A stretch of 64,000 nt of DNA from Salisapilia sapeloensis CBS 127946 (taxonomy: Eukaryota > Protista > Oomycota): the NCBI GenBank assembly GCA_023334545.1, contig JAADVB010000007.1:1-64000 (forward strand), written 5' to 3'. Made by a program: the position numbers and the translations under genes. Of the stretch, positions 11,977 through 23,532 are shown piece after piece. The notes under the pieces are model-generated. The model saw only the letters and a program-made list of their open reading frames with translations. It made no database searches and was not told the origin of the DNA. How positions within the stretch are numbered: position 1 is the stretch's first letter; the number at the start of each line of letters is the position of its first letter.

Positions 11977-12843
11977 ATGAGTGCCCAGAACAAGGAATAC
12001 AAATTGGTACGAAAGAGATTGTGTGTGTCTGTGAATTGGTGGAAATGGCTGACATTGGAACGACCAGGTCGTGCTTGGAAGTGGAGGTGTGGGCAAGTCG
12101 GCCCTCACGATTCGACTCGTGACGGATAACTTCCTCGAGGACTATGACCCGACGATCGGTACGTTATCCTCCTAGGTTCTGTGTGCTACAAGAGTGATGC
12201 TGATGAACATGACAATGGCAGAGGACAGCTACCGGAAGCAAAGTGTGATTGACAACCAATCTGCTTTGCTCGACATTCTCGATACGGCCGGCCAAGAAGA
12301 ATATACGTCCATGCAAGACCAGGTACACGCTCTCTCTTCCTCGCATTTGGTGTAAACTATCGAGAGGCACTAACATGGTGAAACTTTCTCGATGATACAG
12401 TGGATGCGTGAAGGCAAAGGATTCTTACTCGTCTACTCCATCACCAGTCGCAGTACCTTCGATGACATTGCGACCTTCAAAGACAAGATTCTACGTGCAA
12501 AAGACGTCGACAACGTCCCCATGTACTCGCTTCTTCTTCACACAACCTTCGTGCAACCTGATGTACTCATCCTGCCTCTTGTAGTGTCCTCGTCGGGAAT
12601 AAGTGCGATTTGGAGGACCAGCGTGCTGTGTCGGCTGCGGAAGGCCGCGATTTGGCACGCCGATGGGGATGCTTCTTCATGGAGACGAGTGCCAAGGAAC
12701 GGATAAACAATGAAGAGTGTTTCTATCAGGTCGTTCGAGAGATTCGAAAGTCGGAAGCGCCCGCTCGGCCTGTGCAGCAAAAGCCCGCGTCGAAAGCGAC
12801 TCGAGGCAAAGACAAGAAAGACAAGAAGTGTTCGATTCTCTAG
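11977..12843 (+). CDS. RAS: Ras-family small GTPase (5 exons)
   Basis: Spliced product [10 protein letters not shown]|[14 protein letters not shown]...YDPTI|EDSYRK...DTAGQEEY...|WMREGKGF...|VLVGNKCDL...ETSAK...KKCSIL*. All G-boxes are present, plus a CaaX box (CSIL). Confidence 0.95.
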
Positions 12844-12942
12844 ATTCGTCTTCTTTCCGAGATTTTTCCCATCCTCTTCCTCTCTTCTTTAGACCAACAT
12901 GACATCCGTTTCTCTCTTTCTCTCGTCTTGTCTTGCTTCCAT

Positions 12943-14517
12943 CTACTCGAGCGACACGTTATAGGCAGAGTAGCCTTCACCAGATATCTCATGATCGACA
13001 TCCAAGTACGACGGAATGTCCACTGGGACGTTCGCGCCAGACGCTTGGACGTGCAGAATGCTCAGACCAGACACACGCTCCGGTTCCTTATACACGTGGA
13101 TCTGGTACGATTGGTTCTTGTCTAAAAAGCAGATCCGCTGCTGTTTAATGACCTGACGCGTCGGATCGGCTCGATGACGAACGGCGTACGAGTACTCTCG
13201 CGCACTTAGCACGCGCTTCAAGTGGACACTAGAGGCAGTTTAGTACACGATCGAGACCATGCAAGCAAGTACGTACGCTTCGCCCGAGCTGAGGTACCGG
13301 ACTGTCGTCATGCCATAGGCTGGGATTCCATACTGCGACCGACAGCGAACAAAAGAGTAGTCCTTGTGATCCTTACTCGCTACGGAATCGTTAGTACGTA
13401 TGCTTTGACGATTTATAAGACATAATACCGTTTGTTTCCGGCTTGAGGTATACTTTCTCCACTTCAAAGTCTTCGTGATAGATTGGAATGTCACTCGACT
13501 TGGGTGGAGACTTCAAAAGGTACTTTCGAGGAGCCTACTCAAGCGATGAATACAACCTTTCGACTACCATCTGATAAGATACAATCGACCTTGACAGTCG
13601 TCGGAATACCACACAACTCGGCAGCTGTGTCCACAAGACGCTGCATCTTGCCTTCAAATCCAGTCGAATTATCTATCCTTCCGCATGAAAAGCATGTCGT
13701 AGCTAGCATATTTCTATCCAAAGTACCGAAGATATAGAGCTTTGGATGGCCGATCCAGGCGTTGCGCGTGCGAGCATCGACCGCTCGCGCTTCTTCCACG
13801 GATTCGATGCGAACGCCATTGTTGTCCAGTGTATAATACTTTTCAGCACCGTCTGCCGCAGTGACGAGGTGGAAGATGGCAATGTAACGTCTACAGGGCT
13901 TTATAATTAGGATCGAGTAGACGCATCAAGTAGGTACAACGCACGTGTCCCGAAGCGTGACGGTGTCCAAATCGTGCTGGTTCTTAATTTCTTCCCACTG
14001 TTCCTCCGTGACGTAGGCGGATCCGTCCATGGCTCCTCGGTCACAGAGGAGGACGCATGGCTTTCCACTGTCTTGTGCCAAGGAGTAGAACGAGTCTTCC
14101 AAAGACATTTGGAGCTTGAGGATTTGCCATTGGAAGTTGATAATATCCTTTTCTTTCAAGTCACTAATTTCAGTGGTTAGTATGCTGTGCAAAACGGATG
14201 CCGCAGCTCTTCGGCGCATGGAAAGCAGAAATAGATAGCTCGAAAGCTTTTGGATAGTCTAGATCGAACGTACAGGAAGAATGCACCACCAGTTTGAAGT
14301 AATGTAGACGCTTCTGGAACGACATATACGCGGAACCCACGATCGCTAGTAGAGGAGATGAGTATCACATCGTAGAAACGTTGCAATGAGATGTGCACCG
14401 AAAGAAAGTCGAGAGGCGATCGAGGGAAGTCGTTTTCCCAGCACAAGGTCCACCTGTCAGCACGAATTTATATATAGGTGCTTCCTCTCCCTTTCCTGCG
14501 TGCAAAGAGCTCATCAT
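12943..14517 (-). CDS. Ttd14 (TRPL translocation defect 14)-like P-loop AAA_28 protein with CYTH-like C-terminus (multi-exon)
   Basis: KFVLTGGPCAGKTT (Walker A), RVYVVPEASTLL, LLCDRGAMDGSAY, WIGHPKLYIFDN-type exon, and C-terminal VDHEISGEGYSAYNVS. The start codon is uncertain. Confidence 0.85.
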
Positions 14518-14725
14518 CGGAGGCTCCTCCCCATTCACCGGCTCGCGGCAGTCCTGAGACCATCGTCGCGTAAGGCTCATCGTCGATCAATTCTGATGGA
14601 AATGAGTCGCCGAGCGCATTTATCAGATCGCACAACGATTGGTCTTCCTGATCTTTAAATGCGCCTGCTGTCAGCCGAAACAGCCGTTTCAAGCGAGGTG
14701 AATGTGAGGATCTTGAAAGGGCGCA

Positions 14726-15133
14726 ATGGATGTGACCACGCCGGCGTTCGTGGCGGCGTTGAGGAAGGCAGTCAAGGGTACGCTTAGTGATAATGAAACT
14801 GCTGTCTTGTTAAAGGATGTCATGCCTGTGCTTATTAAAGGTATACCTTTGTGTACATCCGTTGCATGCTAGTAAAATATAAAACGATGTGTAGGTCTGG
14901 AGGACTTGGCACGTGCGAATGAAGAGATTACGACTGATATGAGCAGTGAGCGTTGCTTGAGGGATATCAAGCCTCTAGACTACCTTGCGAGATATCTCTA
15001 TCGACATAATCCGCGCCACAAGAAACCTGTAAGACCTTTTTTCTTCTTTCTATCGAGAATCCTAGGGCTAATGATGCTTCAGACAATGGAAATAGAGCAG
15101 CTACAAGAGTACATGAAGAGTTTAGAATCGTAG
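14726..15133 (+). CDS. Small Dpy-30/RIIa-type dimerisation-motif protein (3 exons)
   Basis: Spliced product MDVTTPAF...KDVMPVLIK|GLEDLAR...KPLDYLARYLYRHNPRHKKP|TMEIEQ...ES*. The P.L..GL..LA...P.DYLA.YL...NP pattern matches the Dpy-30 motif. Confidence 0.65.
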
Positions 15134-15164
15134 CTCTAGAGTAAAGTCGATGAATCACGTTGTA

Positions 15165-15986
15165 TTAAGAGCTTCCGAAAGGTACGCCTTCTTCCGTGTC
15201 GAGCATCGGCAGGTCATCCAGGACCATTTCCAATTGCTCATCCGTGTTATTCAGCATCTGCTGCTCGAGCATACGTTCGTCGATACCCATCGAGCTACTT
15301 GCGTTTTCTTTTGGAGCTGACGTCGTCTGCGTCGATGGTTCCGGTTTCGCTGGTTCTGGAGTCGGCTGGCGGCTAGTGTCAGGAGACGATGACGGCGCAG
15401 ACGTAGGAGTCTTGTACGCCTGACCATCCGACTTGGTGGGAGGAGATGACGACGGAGGGGTCTTCATGTTCTAGTGGCGATTGAATTCCCTGACTCATGT
15501 GTGTCGCACATTCGTAAAAGATCAAATGTACCTTTGGTGGTGGCTCTGAAAGCAATTCTAGTGGTGCATCCAGATGCTGCCGAACGCTACGAGTCATACG
15601 ACCCATCTCCACTGCTCCTCGCTTTCGTCCTTTGTATGTGTAAGTCGGTGTGGACCAGGATAGGCGCAGACAGAGCTCAATGACGTACCTTTGGATTTAC
15701 GATTTGCACGACTCTGTAGTGCTTCTGTCGGTTTCTAAGGTCAGGCAGCAATCCCGTGAGTCCAGTCAATATGTGTTTCCTCATTGTAATATGTACCTCT
15801 TGATCTAAATCGGTTCAGCGTCAGTAAAAACAGTCATTAATATCCACGCATATGCACTTCCTAGATGAAAAATCCTACTAGTAGAGATATCATACCTGGC
15901 ACCCACTTACGAAGCGTAAGGTGGCCGACCGTCTTGACCTGCTTGCTCCACTTGCGGCATCGCAGGTCGCTCGTCGCGACGGCCAT
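15165..15986 (-). CDS. BCL7-like (SWI/SNF accessory subunit) protein, about 5 exons
   Basis: Exon 1 MAVATSDLRCRKWSKQVKTVGHLTLRKWVP resembles the BCL7 N-terminal motif (RKWEKKWVTVGD..L.I.KWVP). It is followed by short GT-AG exons and a Ser/Pro-rich acidic tail (ORF 15165-15467). Confidence 0.55.
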
Positions 15987-16323
15987 GCTGTTTCCGACTT
16001 GTATTTATTTTTTGTCGTACTTGCTTTTCGTATATTCCAATAAAGTTCAAAATAAACGTACTTGATCGAAGCAATCGAGCTTTAGCGGGTGGAGCGTCAG
16101 TAACCTCAGTCATCATACCTCGTCTTAGTTCTACCGATCTGCTTTCGATAGATGGGTCGAACACAATACGAGAAAAGAGTAAGCTCGGCATCACTCTTAC
16201 CACTTCGTTTCCAATTTCATACTGTACCCGATCAAGTGGTACATAGACCGTGAGCTCTCTGGACTCCATCATTTCGTCTGAGCCTACGGACAATTGAATT
16301 TCGTCAATAGACCAGAAGCGATC

Positions 16324-17667
16324 ATGGCGTTGGCAGCATACGATCGCCTTCCAGAGAGACTGATGCTCACTGAAGACGAATCTGAGGCCTTTCGACACCA
16401 AGCTGGCGAACTGATATCGGAGACCGTCGAGGCATTCGAACGATTCGTGGACGACGGTCGACAGTTTTCACCATCGGATTGGAAGGTAGTCAAGAAAAGT
16501 GGCCGATTTACTGCATATCGAGACCGGTCACTTCGTAGTCGCGATCGACAAGAAGAGAGCTTTGTCTACACTGACCCTTCCATGCCAGAGTTGATTCCCT
16601 CACTGCGAGGGGTAGACGCAGATGTCTCGCTTCGGTCGAACTATAGCACGGTCTCTAGTCGCTATAGTCAATCCATGTTATCCTCTAAACCATCGCACAT
16701 GCCAGCTCTAGTCGCGTCTGGTACGGTTGATGGGACCGTGAATGAGTATCTACTCGGGACGCTAACGGATACGTCTACTCATCTACATCACGACTACTTT
16801 CGCAAAGTTTACATGGAAAATGATTTTGATTGCTGGAAAGTCTTGGCCGTGCTCGAGAGTCCATCCATGAATAGTTGCTTTCAGTATCTACGGATCATTT
16901 GGGCGGCAACAAGTCGTCCGATTCAGGACAAAATCGTATCGCCACGAGATTTTCTCATTCTGGAAGCGACCGGAACGCGGCCTGATCCGACCGGTAGTGG
17001 ACATCCACTTGGGTACCACCTGGGTCATACCATCTCTACCGATCAGATTCAACCATTTCCTCGAGTCATTCGCGCGGAGTTTTCCTTTTGTCATATCTTG
17101 CGACAAACGACATCAGATACGGTGGAAATGTATTCCCCAGGCTTTGTCAATCCATTCGGCAGAGTATTAGACGCGATGGCTTTGCACGTATCCATTCGAA
17201 TATTGTTCTCTACACCGACATTTATTGAAGCCGGCCGACGAAAGAAGCTTCAGTGGTTCACGGAACGAGTACAAGAAGATAAGAGGGAAATGGTGAAGAA
17301 GACAGAACGACTATCACGAAAGGATCCGGCCTATTGCAAATCCTGCGATAAGCGCATGAACAAAATCAAACCTTTGAAAGCAAAACGCCTATGTCAAATC
17401 TGCTCTGCCGTACGTGTCTACAGGCGCAAGCTCCAAAGCATTCTCAAATTAATGTTTCTGGTAACGTAGGTTGTCTGCTCCAAGTGTGGCATCATCAAGA
17501 CGTTGGTCCTAGGAGACGCCAAGCACGGATTCAGTCATGCTCCCCAACGCTTTTGCAAGGACTGCGTCAACCACGTCTACAAGTTGTCTGCCGAAGTCAT
17601 CGCGCTGGCGTCCACAGGCCCGATGCCAAGTGTCTCGTATAAAGTGCACGATAGCCGTTCCAAGTAG
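16324..17667 (+). CDS. START-like lipid-binding domain + FYVE-type zinc finger protein (oomycete-expanded family)
   Basis: WKVVKKSGRFTAYR, ASGTVDGTVNEYLLG, RDFLILEATG, then CKSC...KRLCQICSA|VVCSKC...FCKDC across an intron at about 17410-17469. The last exon end is uncertain. Confidence 0.75.
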
Positions 17668-18147
17668 GTACCTTCAATCTGGCGTTTGCACGTTAGTTAG
17701 CAATACGATGCAGCAGCGACCGTCAAGCCAGATAGTCTAGGTGATGGGAGCACTCGTGAACGCACTCTTGCGTACTCGCCCAAAGCTGCCGCGCGGAGCA
17801 GAAGAGGCGAAGGACGGACCTCGATCTCATAATATATATTAACATTGCTCTTGTGGTTTGTATGCACTCTGACGTCTGTTTTCCTTGACGTTTTCAGTGG
17901 CAAAAAGAAACACAAAAAACTTTTTTCCGAGAGCAGACCAGAGCCGTAGTAGAGCGCCGTGCCGAGTACAGCACTTCCTCTACATCGCCCTTGAGCATAT
18001 TTCGTAGAGTCTAGTACGTTCTGACACGGCCATTCATTCGTACGCCACCGTCCATTCTTCTCTTGACCGTGTACAACACTTTTTCCGCATCGTTTCTTTA
18101 CGCGCCGACCTGGCACTTGTTCCCTATCGTCCTACCAACTCTTCAGC

Positions 18148-20940
18148 ATGGATCCGTCTGAAGTCTCTGTCCTCGTGGTTGAAGACGATGAATTCACGCG
18201 CGTCGCCACGCTAGACATTCTCCGTTCCTGTCGTTATCAAGTAAGCATGATTTCTTCTATATGGTATAGAATATCTTGTTGATCGCGTCGCTACTAGGTG
18301 CAATCGGTCGATGATGGAAAGCAGGCACTTGATTTGCTACAGAACAACCATGGAAAGATCGATCTCGTCTTATGCGACGTCATGCTACCCGTCTTGAACG
18401 GCATTCAGCTGCTCGATGCGTTGCAGTCCGACGAAAACTCTGCGACGCTTGGGCACATTCCTGTTGTCATGACATCCTCCAACGAAGAAATGGATGTCGT
18501 CACGTCCTGTCTTAGTCGTGGTGCGAAAGACTACCTCATCAAGCCCATCCAAGTCAACACAGCCAAGACGCTCGTGCGCCACGTATGGCTCAGTCGAAAA
18601 CTTGAGAAACATGCGCCGAAAACCCTGTGGAAAGACATTGAGGTCATTCGTCGTATTGGCAAAGGCACCCACGGCACCGTTCAACTCGCTCGACGCAAGG
18701 TCGACGGAGCGGTGGTGGCCGTTAAACGTGTCAAACTGTCTGAAATTAGCGAGAACGGCCGAAAGCAGGCGGATAACGAGGTCATTCTGCTCAAGTCGCT
18801 GTATCACGTGAACATCGTGCGTTTTTACGACCATTTCCTGGCAGACGACGACCTTAACATTGTCATGGAATATGCGGACGGCGGCAATCTTCGGCAATTA
18901 GTGAAACGTCGTGTGAAAGATGGCATGGGTCCATTCCACGAATCGACGATCCTGTCATGGTTTGCTCAACTGGTGCTCGCCGTGTCCTACATTCACGGCA
19001 AGAACGTGCTCCATCGTGATTTAAAGGCACAAAATGTGTTCTTGACGCGTCGAAATGTGGTTAAATTGGGTGATTTTGGTATTTCCAAGGCACTTTCAGG
19101 AGATGAATCTGCCAATACTGCGTGCGGTACGCCTGAGAGCATGTCTCCTGAAATCTGCCGAGGTGAGCCGTATGGTAAAAAGTCGGACATTTGGAGTCTC
19201 GGATGTATCTTGTACGAAATGATCAACCTCGCCAGACCTTTTGAAGCATCCACTCTGCCTGAAATCTTCCAGAAAATTTGCAAGGGTGAATACCCACCCA
19301 TTCCAAACGGATTTTCACGTGAACTTCGACTGCTGGTGCAACTCATGCTGCAGCAAGACCAGTCGAAACGACCTTCGATTGAAGATATCTGTCGCTTTCC
19401 GTTCGTCCAGGCGCCAATCCAAGCGTTCTTGAACCAGCACGTTGCAGAGTTCCAAGAAGCTTTAGAGCTCGAAGCCAAGTTGCATCAACCGAATCGGAAT
19501 ACACAAAGCTCGGATGAGAACATGAACGCTCCGGCTAGTGTGAGTGAACAGTCTGGCGTGAGTGAGAACGCGACCGACGGTTCGAATAGTGAACAAGATG
19601 CGCCGAACAGTGTCGGAATCGGTCAATTCCAACCACCAGGATCCGTCGGTCGAAAGCAAATGCCTGGTGATCCGATGGAAGCAGTGAATGAAAAGTTTGC
19701 TCCTGCACCACTACGAGGTGAGGACAACGCGAATAGTCATTTGGCCGACTCGGCGATGGCATCTGCTGTCGTCGGTCTATCGGTTGAGTCGACGCCAGGT
19801 TTCCATCACCAAGCAAGCATGGACATTTCGTCCGACGTGAACCCTGGCATGGAAGACTCTGTTCTAGATGAAGTGCGAGCGCAACTGACCGTCGGATCCA
19901 TCCGCATCGGGTTCTTTACGACACATGCGAACTGTGTGTCCGCGACGGAACTCGTTGGCGTCCTCCATCGTCAGTTTGGAAAGACCGCGAAACAAGCTGG
20001 TGACTTGCTTCGACAGTACGTGTCCGCAGGAGACTTGCAAGTCGTTGCTGCGGAAGACCTTGATGCTCCAGACCTAGAACGACCGGACACGTTACTGCGT
20101 TTCCGCGTCGATGATGACAGCGTCCCGTTGAACCAACGCTATGCCTGTCCAGAGGAAATGAAAGGACAGAGCGCAATGGAGACTGCACTTAGTGTGCGTG
20201 AAGCCATGGCGGAGCTGCATGCGATGGATGAGTTCCCGTCCCGCATCTCGATGGGATTCCAGAAAGAAGACCAAGAGGCGCCTCCGTTCCACGCAGCGAT
20301 CTGTCGCCAGTACCGCAAGTTTGTTCGTTTGTCGAACGCCTTGCAGCACGTTGACATGAGCACGTTGCCGAAACACGAACGTCAGGCGTTCTTTATCAAT
20401 GTCTTCAACACGCAGGCTCTCCACGCTCTGATTGAGTTCGGTCGACCGGAGACGTTGAATGCCGTTCGAACGTTTGAAAGAGAAGCTAGATACGCGGTGG
20501 GCGGCCTGCTCTTCTCTCTCAGCGACATCAAGCACGGCATCCTTCGATGCAACAGGAAACCTCCGGCGAACTATTGGGAACGCCAGCTCCACGCGCAAGA
20601 CGCGCGGCTGCACTATATGCTGCACATTCGCGACCCGCGTAGTCTGCTTGTGCTGGTGGACTGCTCGGAGCCGGTGCCGCCACCAGAAGACGTTCCGATC
20701 CTCAAGCCTGGACGCACGGATACGGAGCTGGAGGAACAGGCGATGCGGTTTTGCTCGGAGAAGGTGGGTGTGGACCAGGACGCGATGGAGGTGTGGCTGC
20801 CGCGTCTGTTCCGGACGTTCCGAGACGACTTTGGCGCGTCGGAAGCTGAGATGGTGAGCTGGTTGGCTCAGTATATGGACGACGCGCCGAATGACTTGTA
20901 CAACTACAAGGTCAAGTTCCAAGCTGGGAGAGCAATGTAG
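18148..20940 (+). CDS. Response-regulator receiver - NIMA/NEK kinase - DEP-like - DUF547 fusion protein (2 exons)
   Basis: Exon 1 MDPSEVSVLVVEDDEFTRVATLDILRSCRYQ, intron 18241-18297. REC motifs DLVLCDVMLP, IPVVMTSS, YLIKP. Kinase motifs GKGTHG, VAVK, HRDLKAQNVFL, KLGDFGISK, KSDIWSLG. DEP-like CVSATELVGVL...LLRFR. DUF547 motifs AFFINVFN, YAVGGLLFSLSDIKHGILRCN. Confidence 0.9.
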
Positions 20941-22037
20941 GAGACTGCACAGGACTTTGATTGCATTTCGTCATAAGAAACATGGAAAAACGTAGGACGA
21001 GTTGGTGTGTTTTAACAAGGTGGAGGATGTCTGTATTGGGCAGAGCGAGTTGGAAGTGGACGGTGCGGAGGTCTGGTCATGACGAAATGGAGGTGAGTAG
21101 ACTAGGAAGTAAAGTGGTAGCACGTCTTTGCGTTTACTGGATGCGAATGCCATCGGATACTTGAAAAGGTGCAGGGTATCACTCTTCGGTTGTCCTGTCT
21201 GAGAGTAATTTCTCTAGTCGCACTAGGACTATCGGAAATTGAGAGACACGGTCAGATGACAAGAAGTAGAGTATTGATATGTTAAACTTCCTCTTTCTCG
21301 TTTTAGACACGAATGTATCATGATGTACGAAGTAGCTTGAAGTACTTCAAGTCCTTTTAGCGCTAATCCCCAGGAATGTTTACTTGTATGACCAGCTCAT
21401 TCTTGCCTTTCAGAAAATCGATAGAGAAAGTGCAGCATTCGTCTAGATAGATAGATGAGCATGTGCGTAGCCTGGAAGGTCACTCGGATAGCACCATGTG
21501 CTCGGACAAGAATGCAACCTCAAGTACAAATCTTTTCATTAGGAAAATTCAAAGGTAAGCTTTTTGTCTCATCCTTTGCCAGCAAATGAATTAAAGGACC
21601 GGTCGCGCTTCCTGATCTTTCAAAAGCGCTTTAGTGGAAACTTGGTGATAGCTGTCCATTTCAAAAGTATCGAAGCCCTCTACAAATTAATATATGTGTT
21701 AAAGTACGAAATATGATGTATCTTTACCATGGACAGCAAAAAAGCTTAAGAGAATAGTTGACTGCTTTAAGGATACACACATTTTAGTTATTCTTTATCT
21801 CTTCTTTGTCATCCTCTTGTTTAAAAACTTGCGTTATTTACGAGACCAAGGTGCAAGAGTAGCTACTTCTATAGCTGATAAAACGTTTTTACTAATATAT
21901 GAACATAGAAAGGTGGACACAACATCCGACAAGGCCAAAGGATCAGCCCAACAATTGATCTCGAGACCAATTTCTCGGCGAATTTCTTGTAAGTTCCCAG
22001 TCAAGCATCAGGTAACAAGACCCAAACTTTGACTACG

Positions 22038-22053
22038 TCATTTTCAAATTTCC
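22038..22053 (+). promoter_or_regulatory. Oomycete-type INR+FPR core promoter element
   Basis: TCATTTTCAAATTTCC about 40 nt upstream of the SMP-30 ATG; matches YCATTYY followed by a MWTTT-like FPR. Confidence 0.55.
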
Positions 22054-22091
22054 ATCCGAAGCGCAAGACGACATCTTTACAACCGCTCGCA

Positions 22092-23150
22092 ATGGCAAAC
22101 GACGAGTTATTCAAGCAGGAATCTCTTAGTGTCATCAACAATTTCATTCTACCGGGATGGCTCGGAGTCTGGCTCTACCGCTATCTAACACGCCGTGGAT
22201 CACTTCCAACGGACCCGAAAGTTGTCGTGGACAATCTCTACTTTTCTGAATGCCCACGTTTCCGCAGCACTGAAAACGCCTTGTACTTTAGCGACATCTT
22301 TGGCAAGAAGGTCATCAAGTACGACTTGGAAAGCCAGTCATCAAATGTAGTGGTCGAGTCCGATGACTACACTGGTGGTATCGGATGGCTACCTGATGGC
22401 ACCATGCTCGTTGTTGGAGCTGATAAACTTCAGCTTTTGAGTGTCAAACCTGACGAGACAGAAGTAAAACCGAAGCTGTATGCCAATCTGGAAAATTGTA
22501 CAAAGCATCGAGTGAATGACATGGTGGTGGCAAGTGACGGGCAAGCGTATGTAGGGAATTATGGCTTTAACTTCTTTTCTTCGTATTCTCCGATTTCGAC
22601 GACCCTTGTGAAAGTCGATACAGACCAGAACGTGACAGTGGAGTCGACACGGATGCTATTTCCAAATGGAAGCGTTATTACGCCAGATGGGAAAACGTTG
22701 TTAGTTGCAGAAACATTCCGTGCATCCATCGCTGCATTCGACATTAACGCCGACGGATCCTTGTCCAATCGACGCGAATGGGCCAACATTGGTCTTCCTC
22801 CCGATGGCATTACACTAGACGCAGAAGGTTGTGTCTGGGCAGCCATCCCACAAGTTGGTGGCTACTCAACCGCCGGTGGAATTGTTCGTGTCCAAGAAGG
22901 TGGCAAGATCCTATCATACTATGGATTCGGCGATAAAGGTATGACAGGCCATGTCGTGGCTTGCCAACTAGCAACGGATAAGAGCACTGGAAAGCACTTG
23001 CTCTTCTTCTGTGAATGCGAGAACGTCCCCAAGGAGATCATTTTCGCTATGGAAAAGCCTACAAGCAATGCGGTCGTAAAGGTGATGGAAGTCGAAGTTG
23101 GACCAGCGACCATGGAAGGCAACTCGAACTATAGTGGTGGATATTGCTAA
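22092..23150 (+). CDS. SMP-30/gluconolactonase (SGL) family six-bladed beta-propeller enzyme
   Basis: Intronless. FSECPRFR, LYFSDIFG, GIGWLPDG, RVNDMVVASDGQAYVGN, FPNGSVITPDGKTLLVAET, PDGITLDAEGCVW. Short hydrophobic N-terminal segment. Confidence 0.9.
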   Translation: MANDELFKQESLSVINNFILPGWLGVWLYRYLTRRGSLPTDPKVVVDNLYFSECPRFRSTENALYFSDIFGKKVIKYDLESQSSNVVVESDDYTGGIGWLPDGTMLVVGADKLQLLSVKPDETEVKPKLYANLENCTKHRVNDMVVASDGQAYVGNYGFNFFSSYSPISTTLVKVDTDQNVTVESTRMLFPNGSVITPDGKTLLVAETFRASIAAFDINADGSLSNRREWANIGLPPDGITLDAEGCVWAAIPQVGGYSTAGGIVRVQEGGKILSYYGFGDKGMTGHVVACQLATDKSTGKHLLFFCECENVPKEIIFAMEKPTSNAVVKVMEVEVGPATMEGNSNYSGGYC

Positions 23151-23532
23151 TAGGCCATGGTGTAGAAAGGGCTACGGGCTACAAATACCTTTGATTTAGT
23201 AACTCCTACTGAGCCACACAACAAATAATTTGTTTGGTGTAATTCTTGTCTCGTTTGCATTAAACGTGGTGTCTATACGTACTACATGTTTACAAGGGTA
23301 ACTATCCCTGATGACATGCAATTGGCACTCGATATACGCTATAGCTGTAACGTATACCAGTTTACCACTGCCATAGAAGCGATATAGAACTCTCCTCCCG
23401 TCAACATGCACAGGAATAGCATAAAAATCGTATATGTTCTTTAAAGATCGAGGATACATATATCCTTATATCTTTTAAAAACGAAAAAAGTAGCAACTTC
23501 ATGTATCGAAAGTCAAACCAAATCAAAACATC

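Noticed and set aside
20092-20922. 276-aa minus-strand ORF
   Set aside because: It lies antisense to the DUF547 part of the REC-NEK gene and has no motifs of its own.
21445-21560. VRSLEGHSDS, resembling a WD40 start
   Set aside because: A single short match with no WD dipeptide or further repeats; likely chance.
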